From a virus (lineage: Duplodnaviria; Caudoviricetes), in IMG/VR virus record IMGVR_UViG_3300038696_000123, positions 1 through 58,178 of that record: DNA of 58,178 nucleotides; one strand, written 5' to 3'. Shown in pieces: positions 44,498 through 54,228 of this stretch (position 1 is the first letter of the stretch; the number at the start of each line of letters is the position of its first letter). A model generated the notes under the pieces. That model ran no database searches and had not been told where the DNA came from. It worked only from the letters and a program-made list of their open reading frames with translations. The position numbers and the translations under genes were made by a program.

Positions 44498-46953
44498 CAG
44501 CCCACCATGGGGGGGTAATTGATGCCCGCCAGGTGGTGCTGCAGCGCCCGGCTCCACCAGTAGTACCAACTCTCATCCGCAGGGTCGCCGCTGTAGCCCA
44601 ACCCCCAGGAACCATGGATGCCGTCGCCGCGAAGGTGGGTGGCGTTCCTGCCGTCAACACGGATTGCGTTATACTCTGCGTTGGTTTCAGCCTGCGCCTG
44701 GATCAATGCGTTGGTGTAACAGTAGGCGGCAGGGTACGTTTCACGGATGTTCGCCATGGTGACGCGGAGCTGGTCCATCTTCTCGGTGTTGCCAGCGGCA
44801 ATGTCCAGCTCCGCTGCGCGGTTGAAGTTGCTCTCCATCCACACCCAGCGGGACTCGCGGAACTTGTACCTGATCTCGCGGAGGTGTCCCTGTATTTCGC
44901 GTTCCGTCAGGGGGGCGGAGAGGCTGCTGCCATCGAAGTTGAGGCCCTCATAGTCAAAGCCCCCCTCAACCATCACAAGGATGTGGTCGCGGAAGCTGTC
45001 GTCAAATGTCACCAGCTCCTCAATGAACTCCTCAAAGTAGTTGAGGCCGCGCCCACCCTGGCCCTGGCCCCACCAGGGAACGTAGGAAAAGCCGTCATTG
45101 ACGAGGTGGAGGCCCAACATCTCAGCTGGCTGCTGGACGTTGTTGATGCTGTCCCCGATGAACAGGAGAGGCTTTACCCCGTACTCGTTGAACGTCTTGA
45201 GCGCGTTCATCTGTGCGACCGACAGTGACTTGCAGAAGATGAAGCCCTGCACAATGTCGGTGTTGGCGAGCGGGTTCGTCCCTGTCACGCGCGCACCGAA
45301 CCGCATCCAGTCCTGCGGGACGTAGACGCTGGTCGAGGCGTTGCTTTTGACCGGCCCCGAGTTGGTGGACGTCAGGATCGGCCCGCTGGGCGGCACTGAC
45401 ATGCAGTAGCGGTAGATGCCCTGGCCGCGCGACACGAAGCCCCCGTTGGCCGACACGGCGGAGGAGAGGGGGAAGAACTGACTGGCCCTGGCTGCATACC
45501 CGCTCGTGTTTGCCAGCCCGCCGGGCTCCACGGGGGAACCGCCGGTGCCTGGTATGTTCTGCGTGGTGACGTTGAAATCCAGCCGCTCTCCAAGCGAGGC
45601 AACCTCCACGGCCCTCAGCGCGTTGAACACAAGCCCGCTCGGCACCTCGGTCTCCTGGTAGAAGTCCAGCCGGTGTACGTCTGCCCCGAAGGTGATGCCC
45701 GTGGACGCCGTCAGCCCACGAGGTGGCTTGATCAACGTGAAATCGCCCCCGGCAGCGTCCACGAACACATCAGCAAAGGACTTCTGGCGACCATTGAACC
45801 AGCAGCGCCCCCGGCTGTAGTCGTAGGCAAGGTCAGCATACCTGTACCCAGGCAGGCTCTCGTGAGGGACGCGTGGCACCCAGTGGGGAACAAACGACTG
45901 CTCAAGCCCATAGTCAGGATGGGTGGTCTCAAAGAGGGTGTCAAGCTGCGCTGACGACAGGGCCACGGGGAATACAGTGGCCCGGCGCACGGATGCGTTG
46001 GTCAGGGGGTCCCGTCCCGTCCGGGCGCTGCCGCCAATGGTGACCTGGATTGGGGTCACATAGGTCCCAGTCGCAATGTCCGTGACTGTTGGCTGTCCCT
46101 CCAGCTTCCTCAGCTGGTTGCCGCTCGCGGGCACAGTGATGGCGGCGCGGTTGACGCCCCAGCCGGTCACTGCGTCAATTGAGACAGTCGTTCCCATTCG
46201 GTTGTTGAAATTGACCCCGAGGGTGTCGCTGGGCGAGTGGTTGTATGTGCCCAGGGACACCTCCCCGGCCAGGGAGGTCTTGTTGGCGATCATCCCCATG
46301 AATGATCCCGAGGGCGTGCCAGTGTGCCCGTCCGTGGTGTAATCCAAAAACACCGTGACGCCCGAGGTGAGGAGCGCTGCCAGGCCGTTCACATCATGCG
46401 TTCCGTCCTCGTTGTCTGTGAGGGCTCCCGCAACCGTGCGGGTTGAACCGTTGAGCCACACCCTCCCGTTTGGGATGTCCCAGTCAAAGGCTGGGACGAC
46501 GTACCCCCCTGCGCCGTCCTCCACCACGTTCAACCAGGGGATGGCCTGGGCAATGGACGGCCCGAGGGCGGAGAGGGAGGGGAAGACACCGCTGCGCGAC
46601 GTAGCTGTGGTGGAAACATTTTCGTACAGCTGCCAACCTGCGTCATTGGCGACCACAAAGAGGTCCCCGCTAGTGGTGGCCGTGATGCCGGCTGCCGTGG
46701 TGGCATAGACCCCGGAGGCTCCGACAAGGGTGGCATCCCGCGCAGCCACCGCCTCATCCCGCGCTGCCCGTGTTTGCGACACAGTGGCATCATTGAGTGA
46801 CTCCAGCTGTCCATAGAAGTTGGCGACAGAGGGGACCACCCCACCATCAGTGGCAACAGTGGCGTTCTCGTCCCCGTTGACGATGGTGTCGAGCTTGTCC
46901 ATGTTGCCGGACAACTCATCCATCTTCGCCTGAATTTCAGCAGCTGTTGTCAT
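44497..46953 (-). CDS. Tail fibre/receptor-binding protein with C-terminal SGNH hydrolase
   Basis: N-terminal fibre anchor; two related beta domains; FIGDSI...GQGG...DGIH. Confidence 0.75.
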   Translation of the reverse strand: MTTAAEIQAKMDELSGNMDKLDTIVNGDENATVATDGGVVPSVANFYGQLESLNDATVSQTRAARDEAVAARDATLVGASGVYATTAAGITATTSGDLFVVANDAGWQLYENVSTTATSRSGVFPSLSALGPSIAQAIPWLNVVEDGAGGYVVPAFDWDIPNGRVWLNGSTRTVAGALTDNEDGTHDVNGLAALLTSGVTVFLDYTTDGHTGTPSGSFMGMIANKTSLAGEVSLGTYNHSPSDTLGVNFNNRMGTTVSIDAVTGWGVNRAAITVPASGNQLRKLEGQPTVTDIATGTYVTPIQVTIGGSARTGRDPLTNASVRRATVFPVALSSAQLDTLFETTHPDYGLEQSFVPHWVPRVPHESLPGYRYADLAYDYSRGRCWFNGRQKSFADVFVDAAGGDFTLIKPPRGLTASTGITFGADVHRLDFYQETEVPSGLVFNALRAVEVASLGERLDFNVTTQNIPGTGGSPVEPGGLANTSGYAARASQFFPLSSAVSANGGFVSRGQGIYRYCMSVPPSGPILTSTNSGPVKSNASTSVYVPQDWMRFGARVTGTNPLANTDIVQGFIFCKSLSVAQMNALKTFNEYGVKPLLFIGDSINNVQQPAEMLGLHLVNDGFSYVPWWGQGQGGRGLNYFEEFIEELVTFDDSFRDHILVMVEGGFDYEGLNFDGSSLSAPLTEREIQGHLREIRYKFRESRWVWMESNFNRAAELDIAAGNTEKMDQLRVTMANIRETYPAAYCYTNALIQAQAETNAEYNAIRVDGRNATHLRGDGIHGSWGLGYSGDPADESWYYWWSRALQHHLAGINYPPMVG

Positions 46954-47444
46954 CAGTAATTCTCCATGATATCTGGGTACGTCTCGTTGACAATCGGGTC
47001 CAGCTCATCCGAAAGATCAAACAGGGACTGCTCGCCATAGGTTTCAACAAAATAAACAGCCCCTCCAGAGATGATTGGGGTCATCTTGACCTCCAGCTTA
47101 GCTGAAACTTTCACTTGGCGAAAGCCTGCATCCCGCACCTGGTAGGGTTCCGTGAACCTCACTGGCTTGACCTCATACCCTCCCCGGCCCATGTAGAAGG
47201 GCATATTGAACCACGCAGCCCCGGCCCGGAGGTCATCCTGGAAGAAGCCCTCAAAGAGCACATACTCATCCTCAGACATCTGTATCGTCAGGGAATACCT
47301 GGACACCTGAGACGTGAAGCGCCGCCTTGCGCGCGCAGGCCCAACATCAAACTCAGACCTCAGCACGGGTTCATTGGGGACTTTGTTCCAGGAGCCCCGC
47401 TCAGCAAGGTAGTTGATCGCTGCGGGCCAATTGGGCGTGCTCAT
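46953..47444 (-). CDS. Distal tail (Dit)/minor tail protein
   Basis: RSEFDVGPARARRRFT; directly after the tape measure gene. Confidence 0.8.
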   Translation of the reverse strand: MSTPNWPAAINYLAERGSWNKVPNEPVLRSEFDVGPARARRRFTSQVSRYSLTIQMSEDEYVLFEGFFQDDLRAGAAWFNMPFYMGRGGYEVKPVRFTEPYQVRDAGFRQVKVSAKLEVKMTPIISGGAVYFVETYGEQSLFDLSDELDPIVNETYPDIMENY

Positions 47445-50056
47445 GTCTTGTTCCCCGCTGCTGGGTTGAGGCCGTAGCGCCGCTCAATTGCCCGGTTGAG
47501 GTCGGTGCCGCCCCGGGAGATGTCTGATGCGGCCGCAGAGCGGGAGCGGTTGATGAACACGTCCACAATCCGGGAGCCGTCTGCGCCCTCACGTTCCTCC
47601 ACCTCAGCCTCGCCACCGCCGCCCATGACGTTCACCTGGACGTTCTGCTCAACCTTCTGCCCGCCCTGGCGGTCAATCTCCCCGGGCCGGGTGACGCTGA
47701 CGCGCTCCCCGGGAGAGGCCATGAAGTTGACTGGGGTGCTGTCCACGGCCCCCACGTTCCCCGGGACGGTGAACCCGCCCGCAGTTGCGAAGCCCAGGCC
47801 GGTCTGCCCAACAGTCCCAGTGCCGCCGGTGGCGAACCCGAACATGCCCGCGAAGTCGATGCCCCCGAGGGCCTGGGCCAGTGGACCCATGATCTGCTGC
47901 TGGAGCATGAGGCGCACGAGGTCCGCAATCATGCCGTCGATGAGGCTGCTGAAGTCCAGCTTGCCGGTCTTGACAAAGTCCACCAGGGCGTCGGTCATGC
48001 CGCTGAAGGCGTTGGTGATGAGGTCCTCAATCTGGGTGGCCGCGTCCTCAGCGTCCCGCGCAATCTTGAGGAAAGTCCGCTCCATCCCGGACTCAAGGGT
48101 GGTCTGGGTGTCAAGGAACTCAATGCGGAGGTCCCGGAAGGCGGTGCGGTACTCATCAGTGGTGACCGCCCCGGCGGCCATGAGGGCGTCCAGTGCCTTG
48201 AGGTTCTTCTCATACTCCTTGAGGGGGCCGTCAATCTCCTCCAACATGTCAACCTGGCGCTGGAGGGCGTCCGGGAGGCTGGAGGAGCCGCTGCCGGAGC
48301 CACTGGGTGAGTCAGGGATGACCGGGGAGGCAGGCCCCGCAGCGTCCAGCCCTCCGCCGCCCGTATTGGCAGCCCGGGCCTCGGCAATCTCTCGGGCACG
48401 GCTCATGATGGTGTTGACAAAGGTCCCGATGTAGTCCGTGTTGAGGGCCTCGCTGAAGGCCCCCGACGCAATGGTTCCCATCTGCCCGAACACCTCGCCC
48501 ACCACGCCTGCGCCCTGTATCTTGAACTTATCCAGACCAGTGGTGAAGTCGTCAGCCAGGCCGACAAACGGATTGTCGAGCCCAACAAGCTCTGCTGCAC
48601 CGCCGATGAACTCCAGGAGACCAGCAACAGCTTTCACAATGCCGGAGACGCCCTTGTCCACGATGTCGATGAGGCCGTTGATGGCCGCAGCCCCGAGGGC
48701 CTTGAACGCTTCGGGGAGGAGGTTCCAGACGCCCACGATTGTCTTGAAGGCCCCCACCCACAGGCCGATCTGGGTGTTGACGGCTGTCTTCACGAAGTCG
48801 ATGATGGAGCCAATGACCGTGACGAACACGTCCAGGAGGTCCCCCACGTAGCCACCCACGTTATCCAGTCCAGTCTCCCAGGCCTCCCCGAACCAGTCAA
48901 TGACCGGCCCGAGGAAGTCCATGATGAAGCTGAACACAGAGCGGAACACGTCGCCCAGGGACACGACGCCGTCAGAAGTGACCTTGAGGCTGTCCCGGAA
49001 TATGAAGAGGGCCGCAACAATCGCCGCAATTGCTGCTACCACGAGGCCGATGGGGTTGGCCAGCATCGCAGCGTTGAGGCCCCACATGGCTTTCCGGGCG
49101 AGGTTGACGGACACGGCCCAGGCGGCAGTTGCCACGCTGGACGCCCCCATTCCGATCTGCATACTGATCAAGTTGCGGACCAGGAGCGCCACGCTGCCGA
49201 TCATGTTGGCGGAGAAGGCCGCAGCCAGTGCGATGCCCACCACGCCAGCCAGCCTGGCAATTGTCTGGAGGTTCTGCCCCACAAAGGTCAGGGCATTGGC
49301 GAGGAAGTCCGTGACGCCCAATGTCTCGTTGAGCTGCCCGATGAAGCGGAGGGCGGAGTTGCTGAGGACGGTGAACGCCTCTCCCACAGTGGGGGTGAGC
49401 TGGGCGAACTCCGCCGCAATCTCGGGGGCAGTCTGCTGAAGGGCATCCATGATCTTGTCGGAAGTCAGCGCCCCCTCCGCCCCAAGGTCCCGGAGCTGAC
49501 CGATGGTGACGCCCATACCCTCGGCAATCGCCTGGGCGAGGCGGGGCATGTTCTCAAGGATGCTGATGAGCTCATCGCCCCGGAGCGCACCGGAGCCGAT
49601 GGCCTGGCCGAACTGGCGCACCCCGGCCTCCGCCTCCATGGCGGTCCCGCCGGATACACGGATGGCCTGGTTGACCGTCTCGGTGATGTCCAGAAGCTCC
49701 TGCTGGGACAGCCCGAGGGCGTCCGCATTCCGGGCCACCCGGGAGTACAGGTCAACCGTGGCCTCATAGCTCGTGCGCGTCCTCTGGGCGCTCTGGTACA
49801 GCTCTTCATTGATGCGGGCGAGGTTGTCCGTGCCCGAGGTGACCAGCTTGAGGCGGTTGGTCAGGAGGGTGTAGGTGTCTGCCTGGCGGAGTATCTCCCT
49901 TGCCCCGAACGCAGCCCCCAGCCCAGCGAGTGCGCCCATGAGGAAGCGGACGCCCCGGGCTGCACCCATGGCTCCACCGCCGATGCCGTCGATGTTGCGG
50001 CGGACAACCCGGGAGCCCCGCTCAGATACAATGATGTCAATGCGTTCAGTGGTCAT
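47441..50056 (-). CDS. Tape measure protein
   Basis: QFGQAIGSGALRGDELISILEN tape-measure domain; Ala/Gly-rich helical sequence. Confidence 0.92.
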   Translation of the reverse strand: MTTERIDIIVSERGSRVVRRNIDGIGGGAMGAARGVRFLMGALAGLGAAFGAREILRQADTYTLLTNRLKLVTSGTDNLARINEELYQSAQRTRTSYEATVDLYSRVARNADALGLSQQELLDITETVNQAIRVSGGTAMEAEAGVRQFGQAIGSGALRGDELISILENMPRLAQAIAEGMGVTIGQLRDLGAEGALTSDKIMDALQQTAPEIAAEFAQLTPTVGEAFTVLSNSALRFIGQLNETLGVTDFLANALTFVGQNLQTIARLAGVVGIALAAAFSANMIGSVALLVRNLISMQIGMGASSVATAAWAVSVNLARKAMWGLNAAMLANPIGLVVAAIAAIVAALFIFRDSLKVTSDGVVSLGDVFRSVFSFIMDFLGPVIDWFGEAWETGLDNVGGYVGDLLDVFVTVIGSIIDFVKTAVNTQIGLWVGAFKTIVGVWNLLPEAFKALGAAAINGLIDIVDKGVSGIVKAVAGLLEFIGGAAELVGLDNPFVGLADDFTTGLDKFKIQGAGVVGEVFGQMGTIASGAFSEALNTDYIGTFVNTIMSRAREIAEARAANTGGGGLDAAGPASPVIPDSPSGSGSGSSSLPDALQRQVDMLEEIDGPLKEYEKNLKALDALMAAGAVTTDEYRTAFRDLRIEFLDTQTTLESGMERTFLKIARDAEDAATQIEDLITNAFSGMTDALVDFVKTGKLDFSSLIDGMIADLVRLMLQQQIMGPLAQALGGIDFAGMFGFATGGTGTVGQTGLGFATAGGFTVPGNVGAVDSTPVNFMASPGERVSVTRPGEIDRQGGQKVEQNVQVNVMGGGGEAEVEEREGADGSRIVDVFINRSRSAAASDISRGGTDLNRAIERRYGLNPAAGNKT

Positions 50057-50490
50057 CTCAGGAAGCGAGCCCCCCGGACCTGGCGGACAGCAGCCTGGAC
50101 GGCCTTCTGGATGAACCCGGCGGGGGCCTGCCGGGAGGAGCCGCTGTTGAGCGCGTTGATGTAGGGGAGGTTGTTGGAGATGGCGATGCCGCTGTTGCGG
50201 TCCCCGTCATACCGTGCGATGACGGCCTGCCCCTGGGCTATGGCTGAGGCGCTGTTGGGACCTGCTGTGCTGCCCTTGTCTCCGGGGACATAGGCGTCAA
50301 TCGCCGTCCGGGCGGGGGCGTCCATCTGGACAATCCAGTTTGAGCGTGCACGTCCCTTGTCAACCGGGGTGGCCATGACAACGGCCTGGTCAGCGGCCAG
50401 GGCTGCCATCCTCACTGTGCGGTCGGCTGCTTGGGCTATCTCAACGCCCAGGCGACCCATCCGCCGGTTGAACTGTTCCGGGCTTGCCAC
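50053..50490 (-). CDS. HK97 gp10-like neck/tail completion protein
   Basis: TPVDKGRARSNW...NNLPY..LN.GSS.QAPAGF. Confidence 0.8.
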   Translation of the reverse strand: MASPEQFNRRMGRLGVEIAQAADRTVRMAALAADQAVVMATPVDKGRARSNWIVQMDAPARTAIDAYVPGDKGSTAGPNSASAIAQGQAVIARYDGDRNSGIAISNNLPYINALNSGSSRQAPAGFIQKAVQAAVRQVRGARFLR

Positions 50491-50824
50491 TGTCTTTCCC
50501 CATCCATTCAAGGTACTCATCGTCAAGAGCCCTAACCATCGTCACCAGGTAGTCCCTGGCCTCGCCCTCAAACCCAAACTCCCTCCCCCACTCGTTGACC
50601 CGGTTCCAAGGTATTGGTCCCGGTGTTCCATTCATCCCAATGTGGGGGCGTGTGGTGCTGAGCTCCCGGAACGCCTCCATGTAGAGGTCCAGCCCCGGGA
50701 GCAGCTCGGGGGCATCTGCGATGTAGGAAGGGGGCGGCTGGTTCCTCTTGTAGGAAGCTGCCAAAACCCGCCTTTCTGTGCGCCCGTGCTCAAGCTCATA
50801 CCGCAGAACCCCTCTCAGTTTCCC
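50441..50824 (-). CDS. Tail assembly chaperone extension (gpT-like), reached by -1 frameshift
   Basis: The -1 frame is open from the slippery site to 50441. Confidence 0.75.
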   Translation of the reverse strand, partial: GKLRGVLRYELEHGRTERRVLAASYKRNQPPPSYIADAPELLPGLDLYMEAFRELSTTRPHIGMNGTPGPIPWNRVNEWGREFGFEGEARDYLVTMVRALDDEYLEWMGKDSGKPGTVQPADGSPGR

Positions 50825-51270
50825 GTGTCCAGCTCCTCGTCACCGTCAAGGAACAGCCCCAGCTTCATGGACTGGTCCCGCACGTCAATGTAGAGGTCCG
50901 GGAGGTCGATGAACAACGTCTTGCAGGCGTCCACGCTGAACTGGAAGGGCGCACCCTTGTAGGGCATCACGTTTGAGCCCAGGGCACTGTCCCAGCCCAA
51001 TACGATACACTCCGCCCAGACATCGCGGGTGATCCGTTCTGCCAGGTCGTTGGACATCGTGTCGTTGGCCATCGCCCGGCGGTGGGGCTTCATGCGGTCC
51101 TCCATGAGCTTCTTGAAGCGCTTGTTGGTCGCACCGGCCCGGGTGATCTTGATCCTGAAGTCGCCATAGTCAAGCCAGATGCCCTCCTGTTCCAGCTTGG
51201 AGCTGGTCTTGAAGAGGGCCTCTGGACCCTTCATGGACTTGATGTCCGGCTTGGTTTCAGTTGCTGCCAT
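50815..51270 (-). CDS. Tail assembly chaperone (gpG-like)
   Basis: Follows the tail tube gene; ends in the slippery site. Confidence 0.8.
   Translation of the reverse strand: MAATETKPDIKSMKGPEALFKTSSKLEQEGIWLDYGDFRIKITRAGATNKRFKKLMEDRMKPHRRAMANDTMSNDLAERITRDVWAECIVLGWDSALGSNVMPYKGAPFQFSVDACKTLFIDLPDLYIDVRDQSMKLGLFLDGDEELDTGN
50818..50824 (-). other. Programmed -1 ribosomal frameshift site G GGA AAC
   Basis: X XXY YYZ heptamer immediately before the chaperone stop codon. Confidence 0.8.
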
Positions 51271-51284
51271 TGTCGTTCCCCTTG

Positions 51285-52760
51285 TTACTCTGCTGCCGTT
51301 GGGAGGTAGGTGAAGCTGACCGCCATCATGGAGTGGTGGAGCGTCGGGTGTTCTGCGCCCTCCATCGTGATAGGCAGCTTGATCTCAGTGTCCTTCTCCA
51401 CCTGGGGCCGTCCGTCACCGATGGAGATGAACGGGATGTCGAACACCCAGCCAGCGTTCTCCTTCACCATGGCGAAGTCCAGGCTGATGTCGTCGTTGTC
51501 GCGCACCGCCTGGATTGCCTCCACGCTGGTGAAGTAGGCGGTCACGGACCCTGCGGCCACAAAGTCCCCGGCGGTGACGTCAAACGCCCCGAGGGTCCCG
51601 ATGGCCTTGGAGGGCGTCACGTTGTTGTTGATCGTCACCGTCAGCTCAGTGAGGTACGTGAACAGCGTGGCTGCTGTGTCCTCGTTGAGCATGCGGAGGC
51701 GGGAGAAGTCGCTGGAGCTGTTGAACGCTTCCTGGTCAGGCACGTCTGGGCGGGAGCCGGTCTTGGCCCCGTCCGCAACAGTGCGGTACTCAGCGTCAAT
51801 GCCGATGAACCCGAGGTCCACCATGACCTTGTCCGCCGTACTGACCTTGATCTCCATGGTGTTGGCGACGCAGCCCTTGATGTACTCAAAGCCAGCGGAG
51901 CCCAGGCTGCGCTCCATCTGGTAAGAACGCTGCTTGATCAGGGCCGGGTCGCTCTCGTTTTTGATCGCGTGGCCGACAAACAGCTGGATGGTCTTGGCTG
52001 CCCCTGCGTCGGTGACCATGGTCCCCGGCTGGCGGTCAAGCACGAGGGCGTTGGCCGCCACAGAGAGGACGCGGGCAAAGCCGTTGTTGGCTGCCGTGTC
52101 AAACTGCGTCGCGGTCGCGTCCCCGCCGATGAACAGCCACTCGCCCGGGATGAGCCCGAGGTCCGTGAAGTCCAGGGTTGTCGAGGTGAGGGAGACAACG
52201 GTGCCTGTGACGTCCACCTCAACATCGCCGGAGGATGCCTGGGCACCCACCTTGGTGATCTTGGCCCCGGCAGGCGGGGATGCCTCAGCCGTGAGGCCAG
52301 ATACAACCACGGTGGTGGCCGTGGAGCCGGTTGCGACCTTCAGGCCGTTGTTCGCCGGGGTCGTGAAGCCCTCTGCCCAGACAAGGTCGCCAGAGGCGAA
52401 GCTGGAGCCCAGGGGCGTCGTGACGGTGTAGGCCGTCCCGGTCACTGCGGACGGCTCAGCATTGGGCTTCTCACGCCAGTCAGCGTACATGAAGCCCTGC
52501 ATCATGTCATACAGGCTCTCCTGGACAAAGTCATTCTGGAAGCCAGCGGTGGCGTCCAGGTCCGTGACAACGCCCTTCTTGCGCTGGCGGGACGGGGTGA
52601 TGGGAGCCCGGGCTGTGGTACTGATCTGCGGTCCAAACTCGCCGTAGCTGTTTGGCTCCAGGGGATACCAGACCGGGGAGCCCGGAAGCACACCCAAAGT
52701 ACCCAGGACCTCCTCCGCATAGCGGAGGCCCGTGATGTTGCTGTCAATCTTGTTGGCCAT
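51285..52760 (-). CDS. Major tail tube protein
   Basis: 491 aa, Thr/Ala-rich, between terminator and chaperone. Confidence 0.85.
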   Translation of the reverse strand: MANKIDSNITGLRYAEEVLGTLGVLPGSPVWYPLEPNSYGEFGPQISTTARAPITPSRQRKKGVVTDLDATAGFQNDFVQESLYDMMQGFMYADWREKPNAEPSAVTGTAYTVTTPLGSSFASGDLVWAEGFTTPANNGLKVATGSTATTVVVSGLTAEASPPAGAKITKVGAQASSGDVEVDVTGTVVSLTSTTLDFTDLGLIPGEWLFIGGDATATQFDTAANNGFARVLSVAANALVLDRQPGTMVTDAGAAKTIQLFVGHAIKNESDPALIKQRSYQMERSLGSAGFEYIKGCVANTMEIKVSTADKVMVDLGFIGIDAEYRTVADGAKTGSRPDVPDQEAFNSSSDFSRLRMLNEDTAATLFTYLTELTVTINNNVTPSKAIGTLGAFDVTAGDFVAAGSVTAYFTSVEAIQAVRDNDDISLDFAMVKENAGWVFDIPFISIGDGRPQVEKDTEIKLPITMEGAEHPTLHHSMMAVSFTYLPTAAE

Positions 52761-52771
52761 CTCGTGCCTCC

Positions 52772-53236
52772 TTATTTGAGCTCATCATAACTGAACTCTG
52801 CTGTGACGTTAAGCTGGAACCACGGGTCATCTGGTCCAACCTCCTGAATGCCCACCGATCTAAACCAAACGCCAGACGGGGAGCTGACGCCCTCAAAGGC
52901 GTCCCGGGCGATGACCGCAAGGGCCTCCGCCATTGTTACTGACTGCTCAACGCTCATAGGCGTGAACACCTGGACGGTGAGGACACCGGCCCGGGCGAAG
53001 CGCCGGTTGCCTGTGCCGCCGAATGTGCGCTGACCCCCGGCGGGGGGATTGTGGGAGATGTTCACCCGGGCCCAGGGCTTGTCAGAGCGGGGACCGTTGG
53101 CCGGGTCCTCCTCTGTCGCGTCCCATATGACGCGGGGCGGGTCTGCGCTGCCAGCAGCGGCAGAAGCCCCTGCGTTCCAGGCGTCCCGGAACAGGGTGAG
53201 CATCTCATCGCGTGCGTTGGGTGTGGTGGTTGCCAT
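52772..53236 (-). CDS. Tail terminator protein
   Basis: Synteny; GVLTVQVFTP...WFQLNV motif. Confidence 0.75.
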   Translation of the reverse strand: MATTTPNARDEMLTLFRDAWNAGASAAAGSADPPRVIWDATEEDPANGPRSDKPWARVNISHNPPAGGQRTFGGTGNRRFARAGVLTVQVFTPMSVEQSVTMAEALAVIARDAFEGVSSPSGVWFRSVGIQEVGPDDPWFQLNVTAEFSYDELK

Positions 53237-53637
53237 CAGTAACGCACCTGCAGCTGGTGGAGCACCGGCTGTCCGTTGGGGTCAAGGGTCTGGACCTGTA
53301 CGATGGACCAACCCTCGTCATCTGGGTCAGCCCCGTCGCGGTACAGGCGGTCACGCAGCCGGGGAGCCTCGGTGAGGGCTCCACCGGATATGAACACCAG
53401 CTTGTCCCCGATCTGGATGTCGGTGCCGGGCATGTACTGCTCCCCGGCCCGGCCCATGTCCCCGAAGTTGAGGAACACAGCGCTGACGGGAATGTCGTTG
53501 TCTGAGGGCTTGGAGCGCCGCCAGGGCTTGTCCGGGTCTGCCAGGGCAGCGTCGGTGAAGCGCCGGAGGACGGCTGGTGCCCCGAACTTCGCAACCAGCC
53601 TCGTGGCGAGCGCAATTGATTTGTCGTACTGGGCCAT
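53236..53637 (-). CDS. Head closure (stopper) protein
   Basis: Synteny and size. Confidence 0.7.
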   Translation of the reverse strand: MAQYDKSIALATRLVAKFGAPAVLRRFTDAALADPDKPWRRSKPSDNDIPVSAVFLNFGDMGRAGEQYMPGTDIQIGDKLVFISGGALTEAPRLRDRLYRDGADPDDEGWSIVQVQTLDPNGQPVLHQLQVRY

Positions 53638-53638
53638 G

Positions 53639-54160
53639 TTACGCCCTCACCCCGGTGAGGCCGGTGCGGACCAGACCGGCGGAGATGAGCAGCCGGTCCA
53701 CTGCGGGGTACTCAGGGAACGTGTAGCTGCCCCCACCGGCGTATTCAACCGCCTCCTTCAGTGGACCAACCTCCTCCTGCTTGGACAGGACGGTGCGGCC
53801 TGAGTCATCGCGTGTAGGGTCGGACAGGAGGGACTGAGTCAGTGCCCTCTGCGCCAGCTCTGCCACCGCCTGCTTGACAGCGCGGTGGATGCCTGTCACG
53901 AGGTATCCGCTGCGGTCATAGAGGTCCCGGCGGGGGTGCTCGGTGTCCTGGTCGCGGTTGAGGCGCTCCCCGGGGAACACCCAGCGCTTGTCGAGGAAGT
54001 CAGTGGCCTTGACGATTGCCACCTGGAGGGCAGCATCAGATGTCCCGGGGTCGGACAGGTCCAGCCCCCGGTCGGCGTGGTATTCACGCACGTAGATCAG
54101 GTCAGCGTAGGCGTTTGCCCCGCTGACCGTCCCATTCTCATCTTGAACCAGAAAGGCCAT
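53639..54160 (-). CDS. Head-tail adaptor (DnaT-like family)
   Basis: ANAY...ATDFLD...G...Q..EHPR...VGPL..EY. Confidence 0.78.
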   Translation of the reverse strand: MAFLVQDENGTVSGANAYADLIYVREYHADRGLDLSDPGTSDAALQVAIVKATDFLDKRWVFPGERLNRDQDTEHPRRDLYDRSGYLVTGIHRAVKQAVAELAQRALTQSLLSDPTRDDSGRTVLSKQEEVGPLKEAVEYAGGGSYTFPEYPAVDRLLISAGLVRTGLTGVRA

Positions 54161-54166
54161 GATGCG

Positions 54167-54217
54167 TTACTTCCCCTTGCCGCCCTTGCCCTTGGGCTTC
54201 TTCTTTCCACTCTTCAT
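54167..54217 (-). CDS. Putative 16-aa Lys/Gly-rich micropeptide
   Basis: AAGGAG-N6-ATG; MKSGKKKPKGKGGKGK*. Confidence 0.5.
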   Translation of the reverse strand: MKSGKKKPKGKGGKGK

Positions 54218-54228
54218 TGTAGTCTCCT

